Assembly: GCF_006345805.1 (NCBI RefSeq)
Contig: NC_043001.1
Span: 54,374,001-54,438,000, forward strand
Origin: Octopus sinensis
Lineage: Eukaryota
Direction of reading: 5' to 3'
DNA: 64,000 nt
The notes beneath the pieces are model-generated. The model was not told the DNA's origin. It saw nothing but the letters and a program-made list of their open reading frames with translations, and did not search any database. Each line of letters begins with the position of its first letter. Positions within the stretch are counted from its first letter, which is position 1. Below, in pieces: positions 42,553-56,890 of this stretch. Position numbers and translations under genes: made by a program.

Positions 42553-42692
42553 TTTTTATGACCACCTCACATGTGTGGCGCACGCTACTAAAAGTTTCAC
42601 ATGGAACCTATGTCGCCTGAAGAATGTACATGGGTTCCATGTGCGTGAAACTTTTAGTAGCGTGGGCCACACATAAGAGGTGGTCATAAAAA
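42553..42692. repeat. Small fold-back cassette between (TA)n tracts
   Basis: 42553-42612 mirrors 42628-42692. Confidence 0.85.
42614..42662 (+). ncRNA. Compact hammerhead ribozyme motif
   Basis: Stem I cgc/gcg; CTGAAGA 42617-42623; 10-bp stem II atgtacatgg/ccatgtgcgt; GAAACT-TTT-AGTA 42647-42659. Confidence 0.75.
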
Positions 42693-42753
42693 AGCAATAT
42701 TTATTCTCGTTACATGGAGTGCTCTTTTTGTTGAACCTGGACATATGGACCTA

Positions 42754-42802
<49 letters not shown>

Positions 42803-43452
42803 AGTATTAAGAAAAATATATGAAGTTTAAGCTTATTTTACGCGTTTCGGGAAAGTTTAAAGCGAGGATTACGAAATAACTTCAGAAAGGGAAATAACTC
42901 TTAACGCGTCATATCTATTTTTTTTTTTTTTTTTATGGCATTTGAAACGTTTATATTCGTTTGAAAGTTATTGTTTCTATATTGTAATCCAACAGTATGT
43001 GTCAAATTATGAAACTGAAGATTTCTTTCTTTATTTAATATAGCACTAGAAATTTTATATTATTTCATTAGTAAACGATAACATCATTGATAACACACTT
43101 TCGACAAAATAACTCACGTCACTTGCTGTGTTTAATTAGTATGCATAGTAATCACATATTTGTTTTCACACGTCTTATTACAGTTTAATGATAATCAGAT
43201 TTTTTTCGAGATTATCGAAAAGTATTCTGTTTCTACTTTAGTTTATTATTAAAAAAATATAATGTTTCCGAAATTCTTATTAGTTAAACCCATTAACCGA
43301 AGCCGAATATACATCTTTAGTAGTTGGCTGTGAGGTAAAAAGTCTGTTTCCCGGGTACGATCCTACTGCGTGGCCCTTTGAGCAACTATGGCCTCGGGTC
43401 GACCAAAGCCTTGTGAGTGGACTTGGTAGAAGGAAATTGGAAGAAGCCTATC

Positions 43453-43555
<103 letters not shown>

Positions 43556-43758
43556 AATGAAGGATAAAATTTTTTCGAAAAGATATATTCCTTTTCAAAA
43601 AGGACCGATATGGTAATAATGGAATGTTTTAGAAATTTCTGTCGACCTTTTTTCAAGTAGCGTGCATATTGTGAAAAAATTATATGGTTAATGGACAATA
43701 TGTCCAATTTTTCGGCATATCCTGGCATTAGAAATTTTTTCGTTTGCCCTTAATTATG

Positions 43759-43840
<82 letters not shown>

Positions 43841-44002
43841 GCAGAGTCCACTCAAAATATGTATACACACTTCAGGAAAGGAAAAAATATGTATAAATAA
43901 GCACCTTTATACATGCATATCTTTTATCAGATTGCGATAACACTGAATGAATTGAATTATCATAAAAGGAAAAATCTGTATAAATTAAGGAAACTGGTCA
44001 AT

Positions 44003-44173
44003 GGGTGAAGGTGTGGGGAAATGAAGACCCTGTGCTGTAGAGATAATAGAAGATGAGTAAAGAATTAAGGAAACTGGTCGATGGGATCCAAGTGCGTGTA
44101 ACATGGCACACACTCGTCTCACAAAATGTTTATGATTTTGCACAAATATATATGTATATATAATATATATATC

Positions 44174-44221
<48 letters not shown>

Positions 44222-44597
44222 CCTTCGCCATGATTGATCGCTAGCTACTAAAGCTTTCTTTTTTTATTCTCTCTGTTCGGAAAAAAAGGACCGGTATATA
44301 AGTACCAAACTTTAGAAAAAGACACATAAACCCCGAGATCGATTCGTTCACCTAAAATACTTCAAGGTGGTGCCCCTGGTATGGCCACAGTATAATGACT
44401 GGAACTAGTAAAAACAAAACTCTTAATCCGTCGAGCAGTATTGTATTTCGATATTTCCGCAAAATCATAAACATTTTGTGTGACGCGTGTGTGTCATGTT
44501 ACACGCACTTGGATCCCATTGACCAGTTTCCTTAATTCTTTACTCATCTTCTATTATCTCTGCAGCACAGGATCTCCATTTCCCCATACCTTCACCC
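44003..44597. repeat. 147-bp inverted repeat with ~300-bp spacer
   Basis: 44003-44149 mirrors 44451-44597 with scattered mismatches. Confidence 0.85.
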
Positions 44598-44919
44598 TAC
44601 CCGAATGATTTTGCAATCTAGTAACTGTTGTATATATGCTAGACAAGGTTTCGCTCGTCTTTCACCATATACCGATTCCTATAGTAATATTCTCTTCGCT
44701 TATAGCATCTCACAATCTTAAACCTGCGTTATTTAACGGTTTCTCTTAATAATATAACATGTGATTCCGTGAACGACCAGAGGGGAGGAAGTTCACCCCT
44801 ATTGGTGATTTTGTGTCTTCGTTTTGTTGATTGAAAACTATAAACTCACTCATTTCATTGATGTTAGTCCGATTTGTTATGTAGCTTCTTCAAATCGTAT
44901 ACGTATATTTATTCTTCTG

Positions 44920-45350
44920 CTCATTTCAGCCATGCGGCTGTGGTCGGACAAACGAAAGAGAATGGCACTCAATAAGATAGGTTCGTCCCATCAGCCTACG
45001 AAACTCTAAGTGGTATGAAGCTGAGTCATGGTGGGGCAGCACCTTGAGGAATTTTAGTCGAACTAATTGTACCGGTTTCTTTTGCCGAACAGTTAAGTTA
45101 CGAGGATGTAAATACACCAATATCGATTGTCAAGTAGTGCTGGGGGATAAACTCAAACACAAAGACACACAGAAATATATACATACAGATAGATAGATGT
45201 ATATACATATACACATGTACGATGGGCTTCTTTCAGTTTCCGTCTATCAAAGCCTTTGGTCGACCCGAGGCTATAGTAAAAGACACTTGTCCAAGGTGCT
45301 ACGCCGTGGGACTGCAAGCTTCTTACCACACAGCCACGCCTGCGCCTATG
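44920..45350 (-). mobile_element. SINE family B
   Basis: Co-linear with 62610-63040. Confidence 0.75.
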
Positions 45351-46201
45351 ACAGCCACATCTAAAAGTGCCATTTAGTCGAGGAACTTGAATTCAAATTA
45401 TATGAAATCGTGTCGTCGTTGTGGTTAGTCTGAGGTCAGCTATACTCGAATAGACGAGTCAAAACCCTTCATTCCGAATGCCTGCTTGCCGTCTTTTGTT
45501 TTAGACACGGCATATCGCGGACACATTATTTCCCATAGCCTTGCTTTTACAAATAGATTGGTTGTGTAATCTGAGTGATTTTTAAATGCCTTTTCTGTGA
45601 AGCAGCAGATACATCTGTAAGTAAAATCTACAATCCAAGAAGCGTAGGAAAATATATTGATGTAACACATCAAAAGACGAAAATGGATGCCAAAAAATGC
45701 TAGTTACGCAAACTTAGCCGAAAGTTGCCTCCCTTGCACCAATGAGTTGTTGATGTAGGGGAAACAATTTTATGCTCATTCAGCTTATGAGCAATCTCGT
45801 AAATTTGGAATTACTTCCCCTGCATTAAGACACTCAAATAGTGGCTTGCAATTGATATACGCAAAGTTGAACGTGGAAAAGTACGAAATCAGAATACTAA
45901 AGGGCTATGATTTAATACCGCAAGATATTTTATCCGGAATGCTTTCAACAAGTTGTTGTTTTCGAGTTGTCACTCTTGAGTTTCTTTTTTGTTGTTTGTT
46001 TTTGTAGAAGCAAAAAGGCTTCTACGAGTATAACCCCAAAGTAATTTATTTTATTGATCTCTTTTAACACCTCTCACAAAAAACGCGGGATTTATTGTCT
46101 TCCGACGGAAGTTTTTTTTTTTCATGGTTTTCTTTTTTTCACTTTTTTGCATAATTTTTTTTTATTTCATTAATTATTTACATTCTTACCTGCTGCCTGA
46201 T

Positions 46202-46202
<1 letters not shown>

Positions 46203-46256
<54 letters not shown>

Positions 46257-46330
46257 GGTGGTGGGTGGTGGTGGTGGTGGTGGTGGTGGTGGTGGTGGTG
46301 GTGGTGGTAGGAGGAGGAGGAGGAGGAGGG
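46203..46330. repeat. (TAG)n(GGT)n(GGA)n compound microsatellite
   Basis: Direct reading. Confidence 0.95.
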
Positions 46331-46479
46331 ATCGGAAGAAAATTTTTGTATTATTTCATTTTGTCTATTCTGGATTGATAAAATCAAAGTGCCGGTCAAA
46401 CGGTGGGGTCGATGTAGTCGACTTGCCCCTTTCTCAAAATTGCTGGCCTTATGTCAAAATTATAGAGTATATTTTATTA

Positions 46480-46513
<34 letters not shown>

Positions 46514-47049
46514 CTACGTAATCGTTGCTTTGTTCTCTCCGAGCTGTTCCAAATCTCATTCAGAGACCTCAAATAACAGCAAGTTGAACATTTTGCTATT
46601 TGAGTTATTTACGATTAAGCAATTGTCGGCAAAAGAGACCAAAATGTGAGAATTATTATTCTACTTAACTTGTAATTTTTCGATTTTGAAAGAGTTTTTA
46701 AGGCAATCAGGTATTTTAAATTGACAATGTTTTTCTTAGAATCTTCATAGTGCCCATGAGAACAATTGTTTTGTAATTCTGATGCTTCTAGGTCTCCTGG
46801 TATTAGACCATAGTGTCTAAGACCGCAATTTGATATTACTTCTAAAGGGCCAAAGATCACAAGTTCAGTTACTGCTATTATTTGATATCAAGATCATTTA
46901 TATGCTTAACCTTTCAAATGTGTTTAACAGAAGTGTTGCAGTCTTCTGTGATTGACATATCAACGAGTAGACTTGTTTTGGCAATGTGAATTTTTGCCAC
47001 AATATTAGACCTATTTGCCTGAACTGCACGATCAGTTTGAATATTCGTT

Positions 47050-50200
<3,151 letters not shown>

Positions 50201-50236
50201 GTATTGGACATTTTCACTCTATATTAAGTGATCATG

Positions 50237-50645
50237 TGGGAGCTAACTGTGACTTGGGAGGAATACGTGGAGGAGGATCATGAGAGGAGACTTGCCAAAT
50301 ACCAGGAGCTGATAGAGCAGTGCAGAAATTGGAGCTGGCAGGCACGTTGCCGGTCAACCGAAGTGGGGTGCCGAGGTTTTGTGAATCTCTGACAGGGCTT
50401 GAAGTCACTGGTGCAAGCAAAGAGGAAGGCTATAAATTCCACTGAAACAGCAGAGAAAGCAACTAAGTGGTTAGGATAAGGAGGATAGACCATCGGCTTG
50501 CTACTACTAGGATGCAAGCTGTGAATCAGTCAGCCCCGACTAGGTCAAATGACCAAGGGGTCTGATGTTCAAAAACTCGAAACCCCCTGAGATCTCAGAA
50601 ACATCTCTGACAATGCATCACAGCATCAGCGAGATGTGTCTTAAA
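50237..50645 (+). mobile_element. HERO/NeSL-like RLE retrotransposon 3' end
   Basis: ELTVTWEEYVEEDHERRLAKYQELIEQCRNWSWQARCRSTEVGCRGF, followed by a 3' UTR-like segment. Confidence 0.8.
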
Positions 50646-50689
50646 ACTTAAAAATTGTATGTAGTATAACGCATATATAATAATTTTCA

Positions 50690-50890
50690 TTTGTTTCAGT
50701 CATTAGACTGCGGCCACGCTGGGGCACCACTTTGAAGAACCTTTAGTTGAAAGAAATGACTCCAGTGCTTTTTAAGCCTGATACTTATAATATCAGACCT
50801 TTTGCCGAACCGCTAAGTTACGGAGACATAATTAGACTAACACCGGCTGTCAAGCGGTAGTGGGGGACAAACGCAGACACAAAGACACAC
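50690..50890 (-). mobile_element. SINE family B, 3' half
   Basis: gtttcagtcattagactgcggccacgctggggcacc tail. Confidence 0.8.
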
Positions 50891-50967
50891 ACACACAGGC
50901 GCAGGCGCGCGCGCACACACACACAGGCGCAGGCGCGCGCGCACACACACAATACACATATATACAT

Positions 50968-51052
<85 letters not shown>

Positions 51053-51291
51053 TATATGTATGTATGTATAAAGAAGGTAGTTGTGTAAAGTCGGAATACT
51101 GCGAGAAGATATAAAGTAAATTATAAATTGTAAAGAAAACAGAACAAAGTTGCAGTTTTACCTTGTATTTCCATATTTCGGAGTGAAGACCCCCTTCTTC
51201 AGGACATTAAGAAAAGCGTTTTTCCCAATGTCCTGAAGAAGAGGTTTTCACCACGATATACCGTACTACAAATTTCATACTTGACGACCTA

Positions 51292-51329
<38 letters not shown>

Positions 51330-51335
<6 letters not shown>

Positions 51336-51762
51336 GAATGGAGTCGAACGACGATTTTAACAAAATTCCTTTACTCTCGACACATGTTTCGAAGGCTGCA
51401 TATTCCTAATTCCGAAGGAATAAAGGGTGCATTATGCCGCCATCTCATCAGGAAAGACAAGGAACTTATGTCAGCACCATGAAGAGCAAAAACTTTTAGA
51501 TGACTGCCCACATGATGTCCACAGTAATAATGAGTGTTTCTTTAAAATATCTCGTTATAAGCAATGACGTCAAAGTTGGTTGGATGGAGAATGTTCTAAA
51601 GAGTTCAAGAGATGGTGCTGACATAAGTTCCTTGTCTTTCCTGATGAGATGGCGGCATAATGCACCCTTTATTCCTTCGGAATTAGGAATATGCAGCCTT
51701 CGAAACATGTGTCGAGAGTAAAGGAATTTTGTTAAAATCGTCGTTCGACTCCATTCTTTCAT
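51330..51762. mobile_element. PLE-type fold-back cassette with perfect 151-bp inverted arms
   Basis: 51330-51480 is the exact reverse complement of 51612-51762; 131-bp spacer; (TA)n on the left. Confidence 0.9.
51636..51718 (+). ncRNA. Hammerhead ribozyme motif (identical copy on minus at 51374-51456)
   Basis: Stem I ctttc/gagag; CTGATGA 51641-51647; stem II gatggcggcata/tatgcagccttc; GAAAC-ATGT-GTC 51702-51713. Confidence 0.8.
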
Positions 51763-51901
51763 TTATTCATAGTTAAAAAAAACACACAAATTTACACAGG
51801 AGAACACGGCATATAGCTTCAACCGTGTTTTCTGACGTGAATTTGCTACCCAGGTATCGGTTAACCGAATTATCCATACTAGGATAATTCATTCACCTTC
51901 T

Positions 51902-51938
<37 letters not shown>

Positions 51939-51942
<4 letters not shown>

Positions 51943-52577
51943 GGTCGTCAAGTATGAAATTTGTTGTAAGGTATATCGTAAACATTGACAGCTGCTCATT
52001 TTGTACTATTATTATATTTTGACAATCTTTAACGTTCAGCACAATGGTTGGACAAAGACGAGTCACCAAAACACAGTCTAAAAGGCAAAATTCAACAAAA
52101 GAAGCTGATGGTGTGTGTTTGGTTGTCTGGTGAAGGTGTGATCCATTATGATTTCATTAAACCTGGCTTATCAATCACGGCTGAAATATACTGCAGCCAA
52201 CTGGAGCAAATGATGCAGAAACTTACAAAAAACAGCCTAGATTAGTCAAGACAACACATTGCAAAAATGACATTGGCGAAACTACATGAGTTGGTGTTGA
52301 AAGTTCTCCATCATCCACCATACTCACCTGATCTTGCTCCTACTGACCACTACTTCTTCCAGAATTTGGATAACTTTTTGATAGGAAAAAATTTAATTCA
52401 CGCGATGCTGTAAAACAGGCCTTCTAGATTGCCAGGCTTTTACGGTTCCGAACTGGAATGGCAAAAGTGTAATGACAATATGAGTGTATATTTTGATGAA
52501 TAAAACAATTCCTTGTATTTATAAAACGTTAGCAAACTTTCTTTTCTTTTCTACAAATTTCATACTTGACGACCTAA
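51939..52577 (+). mobile_element. Internally deleted mariner (DD34D-type) element
   Basis: TIRs aggtcgtcaagtatgaaatttgt / acaaatttcatacttgacgacct; KKLMVCVW...IHYDF, HPPYSPDLAPTDHYFF. Confidence 0.88.
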
Positions 52578-52600
52578 TATGTGTGTGTGTGTGTGGTGTG

Positions 52601-52631
<31 letters not shown>

Positions 52632-52674
52632 TGTGTGTGTGTGCGTGCGTGCATGCATGTATGTATGTATGCAT

Positions 52675-52880
52675 TCTTTGATTCTTTTACTGGTTTCAGT
52701 TATTTGACTGCGGCCATGCTGGAGCACTGCCTTTAATCGATAAAATCGACTGCAGAACTTTGTAAGCCTAGTCCATATTTTATCAATTTCTTTTGCCAAA
52801 TCTCTACGTTACAGCAGAGACATAAACACACCAATATCGGTGTCAAGCGATGGTTGGGGGACAAACACAGACACACAAAT

Positions 52881-52923
<43 letters not shown>

Positions 52924-53087
52924 CGACGGGCTTCTTTCAGTTTTTGTCGACCAAATCCACTGACAAGACTTCGGTCGGCCCGAGGTTATAGAGAAAACAC
53001 CTGCCCAAGGTGCCACGCAGTGGGAGTGAACCCAGAACAGTGTCTTTGGGAAGCAAGCTTCTCACCACATAGCCACTGTTACGCCTG
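52675..53087 (-). mobile_element. SINE family B, full length, internal (TA)n
   Basis: Co-linear with 62610-63040. Confidence 0.88.
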
Positions 53088-53316
53088 TATATATAGTGAA
53101 CTAAACCCCCCCCCCTTCCATCTTCACCTCTATATATGTATTTATTTATTTACATTACCTCAACATCCAATTTTCCTCATTCTACATTGAGAGAAGAAAG
53201 AGATGGACGCTTCAATTCTATGCTGCTGCCGCATTATGTCGTACGTGAATGAGAGGATTTGCATCCCCAACCAAGAATTTTTGATGTAACACATGTCCTT
53301 GTGGAAGCTGTTGTGC

Positions 53317-53393
53317 GCGGCTGAAGAAGGCCACAGACAACATTATGCATTGTTATAAATCTGTCTAATAAAGGCCCGAAACATATGTACCGC
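53317..53393 (+). ncRNA. Hammerhead ribozyme motif
   Basis: Stem I gcgg/ccgc; CTGAAGA 53321-53327; stem II ggcc/ggcc with extension; GAAAC-ATAT-GTA 53378-53389; (TA)n ~40 nt downstream. Confidence 0.78.
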
Positions 53394-53429
53394 TGAATCC
53401 TTCGCATCATGTTTTTATTTTATTTTGAT

Positions 53430-53468
<39 letters not shown>

Positions 53469-53541
53469 GTGTGTAAAAAACATAAATCCGAAAGAAGAAG
53501 CACAATCTAAGATATATAAGATATAGAGCAGTATATATTAA

Positions 53542-53807
53542 AAATGGGGAAGGTTGGTTTATGGGATTACCTAAGGTTTCCCGTCCATAAAGGGTTTAGT
53601 TTTATAGCGCATCGTCAGAGCCCAAAAACCTGTTGGCCCAAGACATTGTAAAATATGGAGGACGAAAAAATATGGAGTCATTTCCTACTCCATATTTTTA
53701 AGAGGTCTTGGGCCAACAGGTCGTTGGGATCTGACGATGCGCTATAAAACTAAACCCTTTATGGTCGGGAAACCTAAGGTATTCCCATAAACCGGTATTC
53801 CCCATTT
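53542..53807. mobile_element. PLE-type fold-back cassette with a hammerhead core in each arm
   Basis: ~53542-53660 mirrors ~53688-53807; plus-strand gggat-CTGACGA(53731-53737)...GAAACC-TAA-GGTA(53769-53781)-ttccc. Confidence 0.8.
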
Positions 53808-53815
53808 GTAATATA

Positions 53816-54362
53816 CGAGGATGAGTAAAAAAAGTAATGCAATTTTGTTTAGGACAGGTATAATTACCTACACAGGAACGTGTATCATACATCAAAATGA
53901 AGCTGGTTCTCTCTGAATCACATCCCTACTTCTCAACATAGTCACCGTTTCTCTCAATAGCAATGTTCCACCTTCAAATGAGAGCATGTATCCCTGCCCC
54001 GTAAAATTCTGTTAACTGTTCATTGAGCCACTTCTTCACTACAGTTTTCACTTCCTTGTCACTAGAATAATGTTTGCCTCTCATACCTTCTTTCATGGGG
54101 CTGAAGAGATGATAGTCCAGCGACGAGGAAGTGAAAACTAGTGAAAAAGTGGCTTAAAGAACAGTCAACAGAATTTTACAAGGCAGGGATACATGCTCTC
54201 ATTCGAAAGTGAAATATTGCTATTGAGAGAAACGGTGACTATGGTGTGAAGTAGGGATGTGATCCAGAGAGGACCAGCTTCATTTTGATGTATGATACAT
54301 GCTCCTGTGTTGGTAATTATACCTGTCCTAAACAAAATGGCATTACTTTTTGACTCACCCTC

Positions 54363-54363
<1 letters not shown>
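53816..54363. mobile_element. Mariner-derived MITE built from two inverted 3' ends
   Basis: TA-cgaggatgagt...actcaccctcg-TA; both arms encode KKWL.EQ.TEFY.AGIHALI...NIAIERNGDY. Confidence 0.9.
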
Positions 54364-54403
<40 letters not shown>

Positions 54404-55473
54404 CATGTATGTATGTATGTATGTATGTATTATGTATGTATGTATGTATGTATGTATGTATGTATGTATGTATGTATGTATGTATGAATGTATGTATGAA
54501 TGTGTTATGTAAATATAAATCCACTCACAAGGCTCTGGAAACAACACGTTTACATATACACGAAATAACAGAATCTGTATATACAGGTATTAAAATTAAG
54601 ATATCTACATGACTCCAGCTTCCGGATATTTATTTTACAACTTATATCGCACAATCCACACATGTAGATTCGGTTGTCTCTACCATATCTATATGTTTAA
54701 CTGAATACGTGTACTTTTGTAATGTTATTGACAAGGAACTTGATGTACGATACGGTGTTCATTTCGTGCATGTTCTTTTATTGTCTCCAAGTGTGAGACC
54801 CTTACAGTTTTGTGTTAAAGGCTCCTTAGTCCTTTGAGCTTTAGGGTATTAGTGTACCTCTGAATAATTGCTTGCAGGTGATCCGGTAGCTTCTTCTTCG
54901 CAGAATGTTTTCCAGCTTATTCGCTTGATTGCGCTTTTCCGTTTTCATGATAAAGTTTGTAGTATAGAGCTTCCTGAATAATATCTATGTGTTGTTCAGG
55001 AAATGAAGTTCGGGGAGCTTCTCTAAATTTAAGTGCGTGCTCTCAGTTTCTGAACAAAGATCGTTTAACATTGGAGTAGGTATATGTTAAACATATAAAT
55101 GGGGGTGGGGTAGGAGATTATCAGGAAATACACTTAGCAGGGATTACGTTTATGGATATTAATATTAGACGACACTAAGGTTGTGAGCTGTTAGAATCAT
55201 TATCACGCTTAGCGACATTTCGTCCGTCTTCACGTTCTGAGTTCAAATTCCGCTGGGTCGATAAAATAAGTACCAGTTGCTGCCCATGTACCTAAATTTG
55301 AAACCCCAGTATTAGATGACACTACTAAACACCCACCCACACACATAGACGTGTGTGTGTGTGTGTGTGTGGTCAATTAAAAAGAAAGCAGAGAAAAAGA
55401 AAAAGTAAATAAACATTAGGACATAGCACAAGCAATATATTAATAAGACGCTCTGAGAAAGAAGAGAGTTGTT

Positions 55474-55510
55474 GTTTTATGTTTCGAGCATTGCGCTTCA
55501 TCAGAAACCG
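55474..55510 (-). ncRNA. Minimal hammerhead motif in a PLE pLTR
   Basis: Minus strand gttt-CTGATGA-agcgcaatgctc-GAAAC-ATA-aaac; stem III absent or mutated. Confidence 0.5.
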
Positions 55511-55956
55511 GGATAAAACAGGCAGGTCCAAGGGGAAGAAGGAAGAAGGAGGAAAATCTCGCCAACAATCCATGGGCGGTTATATTCCTGAAGTGACCAG
55601 AAGTAGAAAGAATGAAGAGAAAGTGCATTCAGGTACAGGAGAGTGTGAAGATGGTCGGTATGTGTGTGTGTGTGTGTGTGTGTGTTTGTGTGGTAGCATG
55701 TGTGTATATGTGGTAGCTTTGTGTTTGACAGTAACTGCGTGCCTGTGTGTGCGTGTGATGACAACTGTGTGTGTGCGTGTGTGGTAACGTAAGCGTGTGT
55801 GTCTGTGGTATTAACTATGTGTGTATGTTTGTATTTGTGTGAGTAGTGTGTGTGTGTGTATGTGTGCATGTGTGTGATAGGATCTGTGTGCATGTGTGTT
55901 AATGTCGCTCTGAGAGGTCAGCAGCTAAAGTGACAGGTGTGTGACTAGGTGTGTAG

Positions 55957-55992
<36 letters not shown>

Positions 55993-56639
55993 ATGAGTGC
56001 GTAGATGGAAGGCTCGATAATGAGTCGGATGTAGTCTGAATGGGGTGTGAGAATGGGTGGGTGTGGCTGTGTGAATGAGTGGGTATGGTTCTGTGAATGG
56101 GTGGGTGTGATTGTGTGTGTGGGTGTGGTTGTGTGTGTTCGTGCGTGTGTGTGCATATGAATGTGTTGTGTGAGCGTGTATGTGCGTGCGTGAGAAAGAG
56201 TGAGGCCTGAAATGTAGTGTGTATGGGTACGTTGGTGTAGCCAAAGGAGTGGGTATTATGTATGCGCGTGTGCGTGTGTGTGTGCGCGCGCGGGGGTGTG
56301 TGTGATGCTTGTGTACGTGCGTGTGCGCGTGTGTGTTCGCGTGTGAGTACGCCCGTGTGAGTGCGCGCGTGTGTATGTGCGTGTGCGGTTTAGGGTGTGG
56401 CATAGGAATAAGAAAAATAAAATTAATACAAATAAACAAATAAAAATAAAATTATTATAAATAAAAAATAAATGAAAAGGATTATGTAAATAAATAAGTA
56501 ATAAATACAAAAAAACGATCAATAAGAAAAATCAATTTAAAAAATCCGTAACAGAAATAAATAAGATTATAAAAGAGTAAATAAGAAATAATGAAATATA
56601 CGAATAGAAAAAGATTGAGTAATTTTTTTTAAGAGGTGT

Positions 56640-56890
56640 GGGGAAAGTCACTGAGAAGAGGAGGTTGTGTTGAGTCCAAAATGAGTTTGAGTACATAGAG
56701 GGAAATGTGATGCTGTTCCAGGTGGAGTCTAGAGTAAGTGGATCCATGATGTAGGGTAAGGCCGAAGACAGTGGAGTTGTCGGCCAAGCGAAAATGATAG
56801 GCGACAGTGGTGTCCTTACGTAGATGAACGTCTCGAAGGTGTTCGGTGAACCGGTCGCTTAGCCGGCGGCCCGTCTGACCAATGTAAATT
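56640..56890 (-). mobile_element. Penelope-like GIY-YIG endonuclease C-terminal fragment
   Basis: IYIGQTGRRLSDRFTEHLRDVHLRKDTTVAYHF. Confidence 0.85.
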
